A stretch of 63,906 nucleotides of DNA, the filler included, from Thermoplasmatota archaeon (lineage in GTDB: Archaea; Thermoplasmatota; E2; JACPAO01; JAHFTW01), in assembly GCA_041623215.1 (NCBI GenBank). It is 3 parts of 3 records of this genome, joined end to end, with 100 filler letters (N's around TTAATTAATTAA, not from the genome) between each part and the next. Parts side by side here need not be neighbours in the genome. Positions count along the whole stretch, not along the records: positions 29,614 to 56,262 come from JBFJXH010000009.1; positions 56,363 to 63,906 come from JBFJXH010000080.1; 1 more part is not named here. One strand, given 5' to 3'. The translations under genes were made by a program, and so were the position numbers. Positions 49,459 to 60,056 of the stretch are shown in pieces. Under the pieces are notes generated by a model. The model worked only from the letters and a program-made list of their open reading frames with translations. It searched no databases and had not been told where the DNA came from. Position 1 is the first letter of the stretch; each line of letters starts with the position of its first letter.

Positions 49459-52400
49459 ATGGCTCGTCGCCTTTGGATACTATTTGCCGCCGCGCTCGTC
49501 GCGACTTCGTTTCTGGCTCTCACACCTGAGGCGATGGCCGGTTCGCTCTGTACGGTTGATTACGCTGGCGGCGACAGTGCGGCCGCGGGGGGCAGCATCC
49601 CGGCCAGCGATCTCTGGCTGTCATTCGCCCCGGCCACCAATTTGAGTGGGGGCGACTGGATTTTAGTCACATTCCCGTCCGGCACGAGCTTGGATGCGAC
49701 CAACTTGTCGACGAGCGATTTCACCATCACGCAGCTGGCGACCGCCTCGGGCTCGTGTACCGCGGGTGCCGTGGCAGGGTCAGCTACCGCGCCCACCGCG
49801 ATTGCCGTCAACGACACGGCCGGAACAATCAACTTCACGGTGGCGGCCGGGTCGCTCTCCACGGGCGCCGGCAATGGCAATGGCACCCTGGAGTTCCGTA
49901 CGTCTGGGTCGTCGGCCAACGAGATTGTCCATCCAGGCGCGGGGGGTGGGACCCTGACCGTGGACACGGCGGACGACACAGGCAGCCACGCCGTGACGTT
50001 CATCGCTGCCGGTATGACGCTGGCTGAAACCGGCGGGGGGACCGCGACGGAGGAGGGCAATGTCACGGACGACACCTACACGGTCGTTCTGGATGCCATG
50101 CCAACGGAAAATGTCACCATCACTATTACGGGCGTGAATGAAACGCAGTTCACCATTGCTCCCACCAGCCTCAATTTCTCGCGCACCAACTGGAGCACGC
50201 CGCAAACAATCACCGTCAGCGACAATCGAACGGACACCGCATTATTTGAGGGCGACAACACGACGACGCTGACCCACGCGGCTAGCGGGAGCAGCGATTA
50301 CGATGCCGCTGCCGACGCTACGCTCGATGTCACGAGCACGGACGATGAGACGTTGACGGTTGGATTTGAAACTGCGACGCTGAACGTTACGCAAGCGGAA
50401 GACGCGGGCGGCGCTAGCACCACGTACGAGTACAATGTCACGCTCTCGACGGCGCTTGGCACCTACAACCAAACCCTCGACTACACGATTACTGGCCAGC
50501 CTGACGCAACGGATATTCCGGCCGGTCTAACGGGTACGCTCACCTTGACGCCTGGCGGTGGCACGACACAGACGTTGACCGTCACCACCTCCGATGACAC
50601 AACGCTCGAAGTGGACGAGGACTTCACAATCACGCTAGACTCCGTGTCGGCCGGCAGCCTAGGTAGCAATACAACCGCCGATGGTGTCATCGAGAACGAT
50701 GAAACCGCCACCCTGACGATTGCCGATGTCACCTTGGATGAGGACAACGGCACGGCGAGCCTAACCCTCACCAAAAGCGCAGGCGATGCAACTGCATTGG
50801 TGGGAACCTTCAACGTCACGGCAACGACAACGGATGGCTCTGCCACGGGCGGCAGCGACTTTACGAGCCTAGCTGGCAGCGTCACGACCGACATGGATAC
50901 GTCGTTTGCGGGCGGCGCCGTGAATGTAACCATCAGCAGCGACACGCTCCTGGAAGCCGATGAGACCTTCACGGTCAACCTGACCTCCCCGACCCTAAAC
51001 GGCGAGGCGGTCACGGGCATTACGTGGGTCAACAACGACGCCACCGTGACGCTCACCAACGATGACACGGTTACGTTCACCATTGCCGCGGCTACGGCGT
51101 CCGAGGGGGACAACCTGACGCAGGCGGTCACGACGACGCTTGGCACTGCGACAGCCTTGTCGGCGGATGTCAATTTGACCGCCACCACCACGGACGGCAA
51201 TGCCACCAGCGGCGATTACACTGCTTTGTCGGCCGAGCCGTTCACCGTCAATGTGACGAGCGAAGAAGGCAACGTGACGGTAGAGACCACCGAAGACACG
51301 ACCTTTGAGACGGACGAATGGCTCCTCGTGAGCATCGCCGATGCCACCATTGGGGGCGTTAGCGTGAGCGGGGTCACTTTCAGTGCGGCGGCCAACAGTA
51401 CCATTGACAACGACGACGGACTCGACCTCACCATTGCCGACATTTCCGTCGAGGAGGCAGGCAACTTCACCTTCACCGTGACGGCTGCTAATGCCACCAC
51501 CGATGCTTTGCAGGGCGACCTGGTCTTTGATGTCAGCACCAGTGACGGTTCGGCAACGAGCCCGACGGATTACACCAGTTACACCGGCACCGTGACCATC
51601 AATCAAACCAGCCTCAACGGTACGTTCACGGTCACCGTGGGCAACGACACCACGGTGGAAAATGACGAGACGTTCAACGCCACGTTCTCCTCACCGTCGT
51701 ACGACTCCGTGGCGCTACCCCTAACCATTAGTGATGGGACGGGCGAAGCAACCATTGAGAACGATGACACCGCCACCATCAATATCACGGCCGTTCCGGC
51801 TGATGCGGCGGAGGGCACCGGTGGAACGACCACTACCTTCACCTTCACGGCCAGTATCGACAAGGACACGGACGTGTCGATTGATGCAGATTGGGCGGCA
51901 ACGCCCAATGGCACGCATCCGGCCACGGGAGATCTTGTCGCGGACAATGGCACCATCACCTTCCCGCCAGGTACGGCCGGTCAGACGGTGGACTTCAACG
52001 TCACCGTTAGCCATGACGACGTTGTGGAGTACAACGAGACCTTTGAAGCCAACATCACTGGAACCGACGCAGGCAGTGGTGGAGCCAGCGCCACGCATGA
52101 CCCGGCTCCAACGGCCCTGGTCACCATTATCAACGATGATTCGGCGACCATCAGCATCAGCGGCCTGACTTCTAAGACCGAGGGCGCAAACATGACCTTC
52201 ACGGTCACGCATGACGCCACCAGCGACATTGACATTGACTTCGTCTATTCCATTGTGCATGGCGACACGAGTGATGCGGATGTGACGTCCAGCGCCGGCA
52301 CTAACGGCACCATAGATGCAGGCAATACCAGTATGGAAATCGTGGTCCCTGTAACCCAAGACCTGATTGTGGAGGATGACGAGGAGTTCTTCGTGACGCT

Positions 52401-55400
52401 CGATCGTGCCGTTGACGGCAACAAGGCGGACATCCACCCGATTTCGGACACCGGTCTTGGCAAAATTGTTGATGATGACAACATGACGGTCTCAATCAAT
52501 GATGTCACCAAGGCAGAGAGCGATGCTGGCACGACGTTCACCTTCACCGTGTCCATCAACGAAGCCAACACCACCTCCAGCCATGATGTGACGGTCAAGG
52601 GAACGACGGCGGACAATACCGCCGTGGCGCCCGCCGATTACACGGCCATCGCAGGCACCATTTACACCCTAGAAGCGGGCCAAACGAACACAACCATTGT
52701 GGTGACCATTCCTGGCGATGAGACGGTTGAGCACGATGAATGGTTCTTCCTCAACATCACGACCCCCAAGTACGGCGGAGCTGAGGATTTGACGCGATTT
52801 GCCATTTTGGATGGCAGCGGAAACGGCACTCTCACAAACGACGATTCCGCCAATATCACCATGGGTGGCACCACGCAAGTGAACGTTACCGAAGGCGACG
52901 CCGACGGTGTTGTCGTAACCTTCCCGGTGGCCTTTGACGCCGACACAGACGTCCCCATTCTAGTTGATTGGAACATTACCCACATTAGCACCAACGACAC
53001 GGACCTAGAGTCGTTGTCGGGGACGTTCACCATCACGCCCGCAGCGGCCGGTACGCAGGACCTTGACATTGCCGTCGCCGAAGATCTTCGTGTTGAAGAC
53101 CACGAGAACTTCACGGTGACCTTGACGGCCATCAACTCGACCCAGACGCCTGGTCAAGCAGCAATTGGCTCGCCAGCGTCGCGTGATGGTGGCCTTCTCA
53201 ATGATGACCGTGTCACGGCCAATATCACCGCCGTGCCAGGCGATGCGGCTGAGGGCACGGGAGGCGTACACAACATGACGTTCACCGTGACCCTGGACAA
53301 CATCACGGACGTGCCGGGGACCATCACCTGGAACGTCACCGGCAGTGGCTTCCTGCCCGCGGACGCCGCTGACTTCGGCGCGGCCGGCGGGGACGTTGCC
53401 TTCCCGGCTGGCGGAGCCGGCCAGACGGTTACCTTCAATGTCTCCGTGGTCACCGATGCGATCGTTGAGTCAGATGAGCCCTACACTGCCAACTTGAGTG
53501 CGGTGGACATTGGTTCAGGTGGGGCACTCGCCAGCGTAGATGAGTCCGCAACCGCCGCCGTCACCATCCTGAATGACGATGCCATGACGCTGTCCATTAA
53601 CGACACGACTGCCCTGGAATCCGGGGTCCTTTCCTTCGGCCTGTCAACCGGCGGGCCCGTGGCCCAGGAGAACATCACCGTCAACATGACCCTGACGGAC
53701 GGCACCACCGCCGCGACCGACCACGGCAACGTGAGCGCAACGGTCACGTTGCCAGCCATGACTGACAACGTCACGTTCACGGTCACGCCGGTTGATGACG
53801 CCATCGTTGAGGCCGACGAGAACTTCACCGTCAACGCGTCGGCGCCCCTCTACGTCAATGTGACCGTACCGCTCATTTCCATCGGCGGTGGCGGCAACGG
53901 CACCATCGACAACAATGACGCCGTCGTCGTGACTCTCCACGACACCAGCGAAAATGAGACGGATGCTAACACGACAATGACGCTCACGGTCACCATTCCC
54001 ACAGCGGCGGAAACGAACATTACCGCCCACCTATCGGATGCCCTCAATGGCACCGCAACGGCGGGCGTTGATCACACCGCTCCCAATGCGACGGTGACCA
54101 TTGAGGCTGGCAACACGTCCGCCACCTTGGCCGTGGCCGTCGCAGGTGACACCACGCTGGAGGCCGACGAGACCGTCATTGTGGATATCGGGGACCTCGA
54201 CATTGTCAATGCGCATGATGATGAGCTAGCCACAGCGGCAAGCCCCATCGGCACGCTCACCATCATTAACGATGATGCGGCCATCCTGACCATCACGGAT
54301 ACCAATGTGACGGAAGGAGATGTGGGCAACACGACGGTCAACGTCACTGCCACACTCGACCATGCACCCGAGACGGATGTCATCTTGACCCCGTCCGATG
54401 CCTTGACAGGCACGGCGTCGGTTGGTGAATATGCCGTCGGTGGACCCGCCACGATTCTTGCCGGAACGGACAACGTAACCTTCGAGGTAACAGTTGTCGG
54501 CGACACGCTCGTTGAGGCCGACGAGACCATTGACATCAACGTCAGCTCGACCGTCAATGGCACCCTCGACTCATGGGTTGCGCTTGCCAACGGCACCGTC
54601 ACCATCCTCGACGACGACCCTGCCCTCATCACCGTGGCCAATGTCACGGTGACGGAGTCGGACGTCAACCAAACGCTGAACGTGACGGTCGAACTAAGCG
54701 GCCCGCGAAGCCTGAACGTGACGCTCAATGTCACGGCTGTACCCGATACCGCCACGGCCGCCGATTATGGCAATGTCTCTAGCAACGTGACCATCCTCGC
54801 AGGTGCGCTCAATGGCACCTTGTCTATGGTGATTGTTGGTGACGATGATCGCGAAGGCACGGAAGTCTTCTACATCGTCTTGTCCGACCCGGTCCTTGGC
54901 GGCGCTCCGGCTCCCAGCTTGCTCACGCTGGCGGATGGAAATGCGACCATTACCATCGAAGACGACGATCGTCGCCGTGGCGGAGGAGGCGGCGGAGGCG
55001 GCAGCAGTGGCGACGACGACCCGCCGTCGGACGATTCATCCTCAGATGACGACTCCTCGTCCGATTCCGAACGGCCGCCGTCGGCGTTCGACCGCGTGCG
55101 CGCCATGAATATCGCCATTGCCAACGGGCTGCAATTGCGTATGACGCCCGACGGTGTCTTGCTTACTTGGCCCGCCCAGGACGCCGATGGCTTCCAGGCA
55201 TGGGGCAACGATTCCCCGTGGCAACAATTGGCCCACATCGAGGATGGCGGAGTCACCAGCTATCTCGATCCAGATGGCACTACGACGCGTGGCTACGCGG
55301 TTACCGCCTACCTAGGCACGCCGCCGGATGCGGTTGGCTGGACCGATGACCTGAACACCCGCGGAGTTCCCGGCGGGAGTTCCATTACCGTAGCTCGACT

Positions 55401-55554
55401 AGGTGGCTCCAGCGCCGAGCCCCCGGTCGATGAACCATCGGATCCGGAAGACGAAACGCCACCCGAGGACGAAGGCGCTCCGGGGCTCCTGCCCGTCGCG
55501 CTGCTTGTGGCCCTCATCGGTGCCGCCGCCTATGCGCGCAGCCGCAAGCCCTAG
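49459..55554 (+). CDS. Giant Calx-beta repeat cell-surface glycoprotein
   Basis: Signal peptide; ~13-14 repeats with D..VE.DE.F.V and terminal (T/I).NDD; Gly/Ser/Asp linker; FN3-like domain; PGL-TM-basic tail; dense N-x-S/T sequons. Confidence 0.88.
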   Translation: MARRLWILFAAALVATSFLALTPEAMAGSLCTVDYAGGDSAAAGGSIPASDLWLSFAPATNLSGGDWILVTFPSGTSLDATNLSTSDFTITQLATASGSCTAGAVAGSATAPTAIAVNDTAGTINFTVAAGSLSTGAGNGNGTLEFRTSGSSANEIVHPGAGGGTLTVDTADDTGSHAVTFIAAGMTLAETGGGTATEEGNVTDDTYTVVLDAMPTENVTITITGVNETQFTIAPTSLNFSRTNWSTPQTITVSDNRTDTALFEGDNTTTLTHAASGSSDYDAAADATLDVTSTDDETLTVGFETATLNVTQAEDAGGASTTYEYNVTLSTALGTYNQTLDYTITGQPDATDIPAGLTGTLTLTPGGGTTQTLTVTTSDDTTLEVDEDFTITLDSVSAGSLGSNTTADGVIENDETATLTIADVTLDEDNGTASLTLTKSAGDATALVGTFNVTATTTDGSATGGSDFTSLAGSVTTDMDTSFAGGAVNVTISSDTLLEADETFTVNLTSPTLNGEAVTGITWVNNDATVTLTNDDTVTFTIAAATASEGDNLTQAVTTTLGTATALSADVNLTATTTDGNATSGDYTALSAEPFTVNVTSEEGNVTVETTEDTTFETDEWLLVSIADATIGGVSVSGVTFSAAANSTIDNDDGLDLTIADISVEEAGNFTFTVTAANATTDALQGDLVFDVSTSDGSATSPTDYTSYTGTVTINQTSLNGTFTVTVGNDTTVENDETFNATFSSPSYDSVALPLTISDGTGEATIENDDTATINITAVPADAAEGTGGTTTTFTFTASIDKDTDVSIDADWAATPNGTHPATGDLVADNGTITFPPGTAGQTVDFNVTVSHDDVVEYNETFEANITGTDAGSGGASATHDPAPTALVTIINDDSATISISGLTSKTEGANMTFTVTHDATSDIDIDFVYSIVHGDTSDADVTSSAGTNGTIDAGNTSMEIVVPVTQDLIVEDDEEFFVTLDRAVDGNKADIHPISDTGLGKIVDDDNMTVSINDVTKAESDAGTTFTFTVSINEANTTSSHDVTVKGTTADNTAVAPADYTAIAGTIYTLEAGQTNTTIVVTIPGDETVEHDEWFFLNITTPKYGGAEDLTRFAILDGSGNGTLTNDDSANITMGGTTQVNVTEGDADGVVVTFPVAFDADTDVPILVDWNITHISTNDTDLESLSGTFTITPAAAGTQDLDIAVAEDLRVEDHENFTVTLTAINSTQTPGQAAIGSPASRDGGLLNDDRVTANITAVPGDAAEGTGGVHNMTFTVTLDNITDVPGTITWNVTGSGFLPADAADFGAAGGDVAFPAGGAGQTVTFNVSVVTDAIVESDEPYTANLSAVDIGSGGALASVDESATAAVTILNDDAMTLSINDTTALESGVLSFGLSTGGPVAQENITVNMTLTDGTTAATDHGNVSATVTLPAMTDNVTFTVTPVDDAIVEADENFTVNASAPLYVNVTVPLISIGGGGNGTIDNNDAVVVTLHDTSENETDANTTMTLTVTIPTAAETNITAHLSDALNGTATAGVDHTAPNATVTIEAGNTSATLAVAVAGDTTLEADETVIVDIGDLDIVNAHDDELATAASPIGTLTIINDDAAILTITDTNVTEGDVGNTTVNVTATLDHAPETDVILTPSDALTGTASVGEYAVGGPATILAGTDNVTFEVTVVGDTLVEADETIDINVSSTVNGTLDSWVALANGTVTILDDDPALITVANVTVTESDVNQTLNVTVELSGPRSLNVTLNVTAVPDTATAADYGNVSSNVTILAGALNGTLSMVIVGDDDREGTEVFYIVLSDPVLGGAPAPSLLTLADGNATITIEDDDRRRGGGGGGGGSSGDDDPPSDDSSSDDDSSSDSERPPSAFDRVRAMNIAIANGLQLRMTPDGVLLTWPAQDADGFQAWGNDSPWQQLAHIEDGGVTSYLDPDGTTTRGYAVTAYLGTPPDAVGWTDDLNTRGVPGGSSITVARLGGSSAEPPVDEPSDPEDETPPEDEGAPGLLPVALLVALIGAAAYARSRKP

Positions 55555-56262
55555 GCCGGAACCATGCGAACGGCTTGGCCGATCGCGGCGGCATCCACAG
55601 CATATCGCTCGTACAATTCGCTGGGTGTGCCGCTCGTGGTGAATGACCGCACGCCAATCCGGCGTAGGGGTACGCCAGCACCCGCCTCGGCCAAGCACTC
55701 GGCAACCGCGGTTCCTAGGCCATTGTCAACAAAGTGGTCTTCCGCCGTCACAATCAAGTTGGTCTCGCGTGCGCAGCGCAGTGCCAGGTCCGTATCCAAG
55801 GGCTTGACGCTCGCCATTGATACGACGCGCACGGACAAGGAATCGGTAGCTGCGGCTTCGGCTGCGACCATCGCTTCGGCTACTTGTGGGCCGTTGGCAA
55901 GAACCGTTACGTCGTCGCCGTCGCGCACCACGTGGCCCTTCCCCCACTCGAACGTGGCGCTGTCAGGGTCGTTGACGATTGGCACTGCGGCGCGCGTTGA
56001 GCGCATGTAGGTCGGCCCGTCGTAGGCGTACATGGCCGCAACTGCTTCGCGGGCCTCGACCGCGTCACTTGGCGCCGCCACGCGGAAATTGGGCAAACCG
56101 CGGTAAATGCCTACGTCCTCTAGCGAGTGTGCGCTGGACCCGTCTTGGCCCGTCATGAGGCCACCGTGCGAACCGCACAAGTTGACATTGAGGCCCTGCC
56201 GTGCGGCACAATTTCGCACTTGTTCCCAGCCGCGCTGAAGGAATATGGCAAACGTGGAGGCA
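55551..56262 (-). CDS. Transketolase C-terminal (beta) subunit, 5' truncated by the linker
   Basis: STFAIF..R.WEQVR, G.DG.SAH..ED, P.Y.R..R, SVKPLD, TAEDH...GLG. Confidence 0.9.
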
Positions 56263-56362
56263 NNNNNNNNNNNNNNNNNNNNNNNNNNNNNNNNNNNNNN
56301 NNNNNNTTAATTAATTAANNNNNNNNNNNNNNNNNNNNNNNNNNNNNNNNNNNNNNNNNNNN
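56263..56362. other. Artificial contig linker
   Basis: N-run with TTAATTAATTAA at 56307-56318. Confidence 0.97.
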
Positions 56363-56536
56363 ACGGCGCGTTTCCTGGGAGGTGCGGCCATCATTAGTTT
56401 CATCCTGAGCATCGCCTTTGGTGGTTTGGGGCTCATCGTCGGCAAGAACATCTTCGAAACCACGCGCACGGAGGACGAAGCAGGCGCCGAAGAAGCGGTG
56501 GACAGCGGCTCCTCTGGCCACGACGGACGCCGCTAG
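56363..56536 (+). CDS. C-terminal fragment of a membrane protein
   Basis: TARFLGGAAIISFILSIAFGGLGLIVGKNIF...GRR*; stop lies 1 nt before the trpCF ATG. Confidence 0.55.
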   Translation, partial: TARFLGGAAIISFILSIAFGGLGLIVGKNIFETTRTEDEAGAEEAVDSGSSGHDGRR

Positions 56537-56537
56537 G

Positions 56538-57962
56538 ATGTCGGCGCCAGCGCTGCCTGAAGGTCACCTGCAGCGCTTCCTCCTAGACGTCAATGACCGC
56601 TTGAACAGGGGGTACTACGATGAACGCCCGGGCGAGGCGCCACTGGCACAACGGGGCAGCTTCTTGGCAGCGCTCCGGTCCGCCCAGCACCCCGTCATCG
56701 CCGAAGTGAAACGGCGAAGTCCAAGCGAGGGGCGGTTGACGGACCGCACCGCTCATTCATTGGCCCAGGAATACCACTGGGGTGGCGCGGCCGCCCTTTC
56801 GGTTCTGACCGACCCGGACAATTTCGACGGATCTCTTTCCGACCTCCAAGAGGCGCATCGCGTCGGCTTGCCGCTTCTGATGAAGGATTTCATTATTGAC
56901 GAGCGGCAACTGGACGCCGCCGCGCGAAACGGCGCCAGTGCGGTGCTACTCATTGAACGCTTGTTTCCATCGACGCCGGAACGGCGCGAGGAACTGGTAG
57001 CAGCCGCGCACGACCGTGGGTTGGAGGTGTTGCTGGAAGTCTGCACCATGGACGAAGCTCACGCGGCCTGTGAATCCACCGCCGAGCTCATCGGCGTCAA
57101 TGCGCGCAACTTGGATACGCTGGAAGTTGACCTTGGCCAAGCGCTCCAAATTGTACGACACGTAGCCCAGCTAGGCCGACCGGTGCTGGCGCTGTCAGGT
57201 ATGAGTCGCCGTGGCGACCGCATCGCCGCCATGCAAGCCGGTGCAGAAGCCGTCCTGGTTGGCACAGCCGTAGCGAAGGCACCCCATCCAGGTTTGGCGC
57301 TGCGTGCCATTCAGCGTCCACTGGCCAAGGTATGTGGCTTGACCCGGGTCGAGGATGTGGACGCTGCGGCCAACGCGGGGGCGGACCTCGCGGGCGTGGT
57401 CGTGGCCGCGCCCCGCTCGCCGCGAAGCGTTTCCATTGACGACGCTGCACTCCTTGTTGCCGCGGCCCGCAAATGTGGTGTGCGAACCGTTCTGGTGACG
57501 CCGACTGATGATGCGGCTGCACTGGCCGGTTGGGCGGACCTGGTCCAGCCGGATTTCGTTCAAGTGCACAATGCAAAACTCGCCCTGGACCATGTTCGGA
57601 AGATGCTCCCTTCGCGGGTAGAAATTCTGGTTGCCCGAGCGCCTGGCGCCGCGTCGCCCGAAATCCGCGAAGCATCCGAATCTGAGGCCGCCGGCTATGT
57701 ATTTGATACACCTCATACAAATGGCGTCACGGGGGGTGCTGGTGTCACCCACGATTGGCAACTGACCGCTCAAATGGCAGCGAAGGTTCCCAATCATCTA
57801 CTGACCCTGGTTGCCGGCGGTCTGGATTCGTCCAATGTTGCTGCGGCTATCGTGGCATCGACCTGTCGCGGGGCGGACGCGTCCTCGGCCCTGGAGGCAA
57901 AGCCAGGGATGAAAGACCCGGATGCCGTGGCACGATTTGTGGAGGCGACGCATGCTGCCTGA
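56538..57962 (+). CDS. trpCF: Fused indole-3-glycerol-phosphate synthase / phosphoribosylanthranilate isomerase
   Basis: TrpC motifs IAEVKRRSPS, LSVLTD, KDFIID..Q, GVNARNL run without a stop into TrpF motifs KVCGLT, SPR.V, VQVH, FDT, GG.G..DW, AGGL, D.SS.LE..PG.KD. Confidence 0.92.
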   Translation: MSAPALPEGHLQRFLLDVNDRLNRGYYDERPGEAPLAQRGSFLAALRSAQHPVIAEVKRRSPSEGRLTDRTAHSLAQEYHWGGAAALSVLTDPDNFDGSLSDLQEAHRVGLPLLMKDFIIDERQLDAAARNGASAVLLIERLFPSTPERREELVAAAHDRGLEVLLEVCTMDEAHAACESTAELIGVNARNLDTLEVDLGQALQIVRHVAQLGRPVLALSGMSRRGDRIAAMQAGAEAVLVGTAVAKAPHPGLALRAIQRPLAKVCGLTRVEDVDAAANAGADLAGVVVAAPRSPRSVSIDDAALLVAAARKCGVRTVLVTPTDDAAALAGWADLVQPDFVQVHNAKLALDHVRKMLPSRVEILVARAPGAASPEIREASESEAAGYVFDTPHTNGVTGGAGVTHDWQLTAQMAAKVPNHLLTLVAGGLDSSNVAAAIVASTCRGADASSALEAKPGMKDPDAVARFVEATHAA

Positions 57963-59133
57963 TGAGCGCGGCTACTTCGGCGAGTTTGGTGGCCAGTGGG
58001 TAGCGGAGACGTTGGTGCCCGCCATTCACGAGATTCGTGACGCCTTCAAGGAAGCCCAAGAAGACGCGGGCTTTTGGCGCGAACTGGGTCATTGGAACCA
58101 GCACTACGGCGGTCGGCCTACGCCCTTGTATCAGGCCCGACGCCTTGGCGATGCCTACGGCGCCACGGTCTTACTCAAGCGCGAGGACCTCGTGCACGGC
58201 GGGGCACACAAATTCAACAACGTGATGGGCCAAGCGCTGCTGGCAAAACGTATGGGCAAAACGCACATCATCGCGGAAACGGGTGCGGGCCAACATGGTG
58301 TTGCAACCGCCATGGCGGGTGCCGCCCTCGGCATCCCGGTAACGGTCTTCATGGGCGAAAAGGATGTCGCGCGCCAGGAGCAAAACGTGTTTCGGATGCG
58401 CTTGTTTGGTGCCAAGGTGTGTCCAGTGACTTCGGGCAATGGCACGCTGAAGGATGCCGTGAATCAGACGCTACGTGAATGGGCCGGCGACCCCGCCGCC
58501 TACTACTGCGTCGGGTCGGTCGTAGGTCCACACCCATTTCCGCTCATGGTGCGTGAATTCCAGAAGGTCATTGGCCACGAGGCCCGCAAGCAATGCCAAG
58601 AGCAGGCCGACGGGTTACCCGACGCTGTCGTGGCGTGCGTGGGGGGAGGCAGCAATGCTCTGGGCATCTTCCATGCGTTCCGGGACGACGATGTACGACT
58701 CATTGGCGTTGAGGCGGGCGGCCATGGCCTGGCGTCAGGCGAGCATGCAGCAACCCTCGCGGCTGGCGGCTCACCTGGAATCCTGCATGGTATGTTGTCG
58801 GTTCTGTTTCAAGATGCGGACGGCCAAATCATCGAGCCCCACAGCATCAGCGCGGGACTCGATTACCCGGGCGTAGGGCCCGAGCACGCCCATCTAGCGG
58901 CGACAGGGCGGGTTACCTACACGAGTGCCACGGACGCCGAGGCGCTGGCCGCGACGCAAGACTTGTGCCGCTTGGAAGGAATTCTGCCGGCCCTTGAGTC
59001 GGCACACGCCTTGGCGGCCGCACGCCAGGTGGCGCAAGACTCCGAGGGCAAACCAACGATTCTCGTAAACCTCAGCGGACGCGGCGACAAGGACATACAC
59101 ACCATTCAAACGGCGCTGGGCGAGGCGCTATGA
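57952..59133 (+). CDS. trpB: Tryptophan synthase beta chain (TrpB1)
   Basis: KREDL.H.GAHK.NN, ETGAGQHG, GPHPFP, SAGLDYPGVGPEH, NLSGRGDKD. Confidence 0.96.
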   Translation: MLPDERGYFGEFGGQWVAETLVPAIHEIRDAFKEAQEDAGFWRELGHWNQHYGGRPTPLYQARRLGDAYGATVLLKREDLVHGGAHKFNNVMGQALLAKRMGKTHIIAETGAGQHGVATAMAGAALGIPVTVFMGEKDVARQEQNVFRMRLFGAKVCPVTSGNGTLKDAVNQTLREWAGDPAAYYCVGSVVGPHPFPLMVREFQKVIGHEARKQCQEQADGLPDAVVACVGGGSNALGIFHAFRDDDVRLIGVEAGGHGLASGEHAATLAAGGSPGILHGMLSVLFQDADGQIIEPHSISAGLDYPGVGPEHAHLAATGRVTYTSATDAEALAATQDLCRLEGILPALESAHALAAARQVAQDSEGKPTILVNLSGRGDKDIHTIQTALGEAL

Positions 59134-60056
59134 AACTCCCTGAGGCGACGCGCCATGTGGGTCAGGGCGCGGCCATGGGCGTGGCCGACTTGGTCCCTGG
59201 AGTGAGTGGAGGAACCGTGGCGTTTCTCTTGGGAATTCACCCCCGACTCGTGCGAGCCGTGGCCGCATGGGGCGTTCAAACGCCGGGAACATTTCTGCGT
59301 GCGCTCCGGCGCGCGGACGATGCTGATGCCCGAGCGGCGGCACGCCGGCACGATGTGACCTTTTTGCTGCCCCTCGGCCTGGGCCTCCTAGCGGCGATTT
59401 TCCTTGGTGCCAACGTAGTGCACCGAGCCCTCGAGCAATTTCCGGTTCTTGCCATGGCGCTCTTTGCCGGCCTCTTGGCCGCCAGCGTGCCGGTACCGTG
59501 GCGTCGCATTGTGCGACACGATGCCAGGACCATCAGTGCAGCGGTGGCCGCCACCCTCTTGGCTGCTACGCTCGCCTGGGTGCCCACTGCGCAAATTACC
59601 CTGGCCTGGCCTGGACTCATCTTCGTTGGTGCCATTGCCGTAACGGCCATGCTGTTGCCTGGCATCAGTGGCAGCGGACTATTGCTTCTCATGGGTGCCT
59701 ATGACGCCCTTCTCGGCGCGGCGGCCAACCTTGACCTGACAATTTTGGCTCCGTTTGCAGCAGGTGCGGTCTTCGGATTGCTGGCCGCCAGCAGGCTCCT
59801 AAGGTGGCTGTTTGACCGCCACGCCGATGTTACCCTGGCTGCACTCACCGGGCTTGTGGCAGGTGCCATTGCACGTGTCTGGCCGTGGCGTTCCCAGCCT
59901 GGGTTTGCAGCCGGAGCACCGCGACTGCCCGACAACCTTGACGGGGATTTCTGGTTGCCCGTCGCTAGCGCCGCCACTGGCGCCTTCGTGGTTGTCGCGA
60001 CCGACTGGCTCGTGCGTCGCCGCGCCGTCGCGGCCTCCGCCGAGGTGGTTGAATGA
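59130..60056 (+). CDS. DUF368 family membrane protein (polyprenyl-phosphate translocase family)
   Basis: Duplicated motifs G.AD.VPGVSGGT.A...GI and AMLLPGISGS..LL.MG.Y; WPW near the C-terminus. Confidence 0.88.
   Translation: MKLPEATRHVGQGAAMGVADLVPGVSGGTVAFLLGIHPRLVRAVAAWGVQTPGTFLRALRRADDADARAAARRHDVTFLLPLGLGLLAAIFLGANVVHRALEQFPVLAMALFAGLLAASVPVPWRRIVRHDARTISAAVAATLLAATLAWVPTAQITLAWPGLIFVGAIAVTAMLLPGISGSGLLLLMGAYDALLGAAANLDLTILAPFAAGAVFGLLAASRLLRWLFDRHADVTLAALTGLVAGAIARVWPWRSQPGFAAGAPRLPDNLDGDFWLPVASAATGAFVVVATDWLVRRRAVAASAEVVE

Noticed and set aside
56418..56537. N-terminal extension of TrpCF in the ORF track
   Set aside because: Overlaps the upstream membrane-protein fragment; the ATG at 56538 directly follows that stop.
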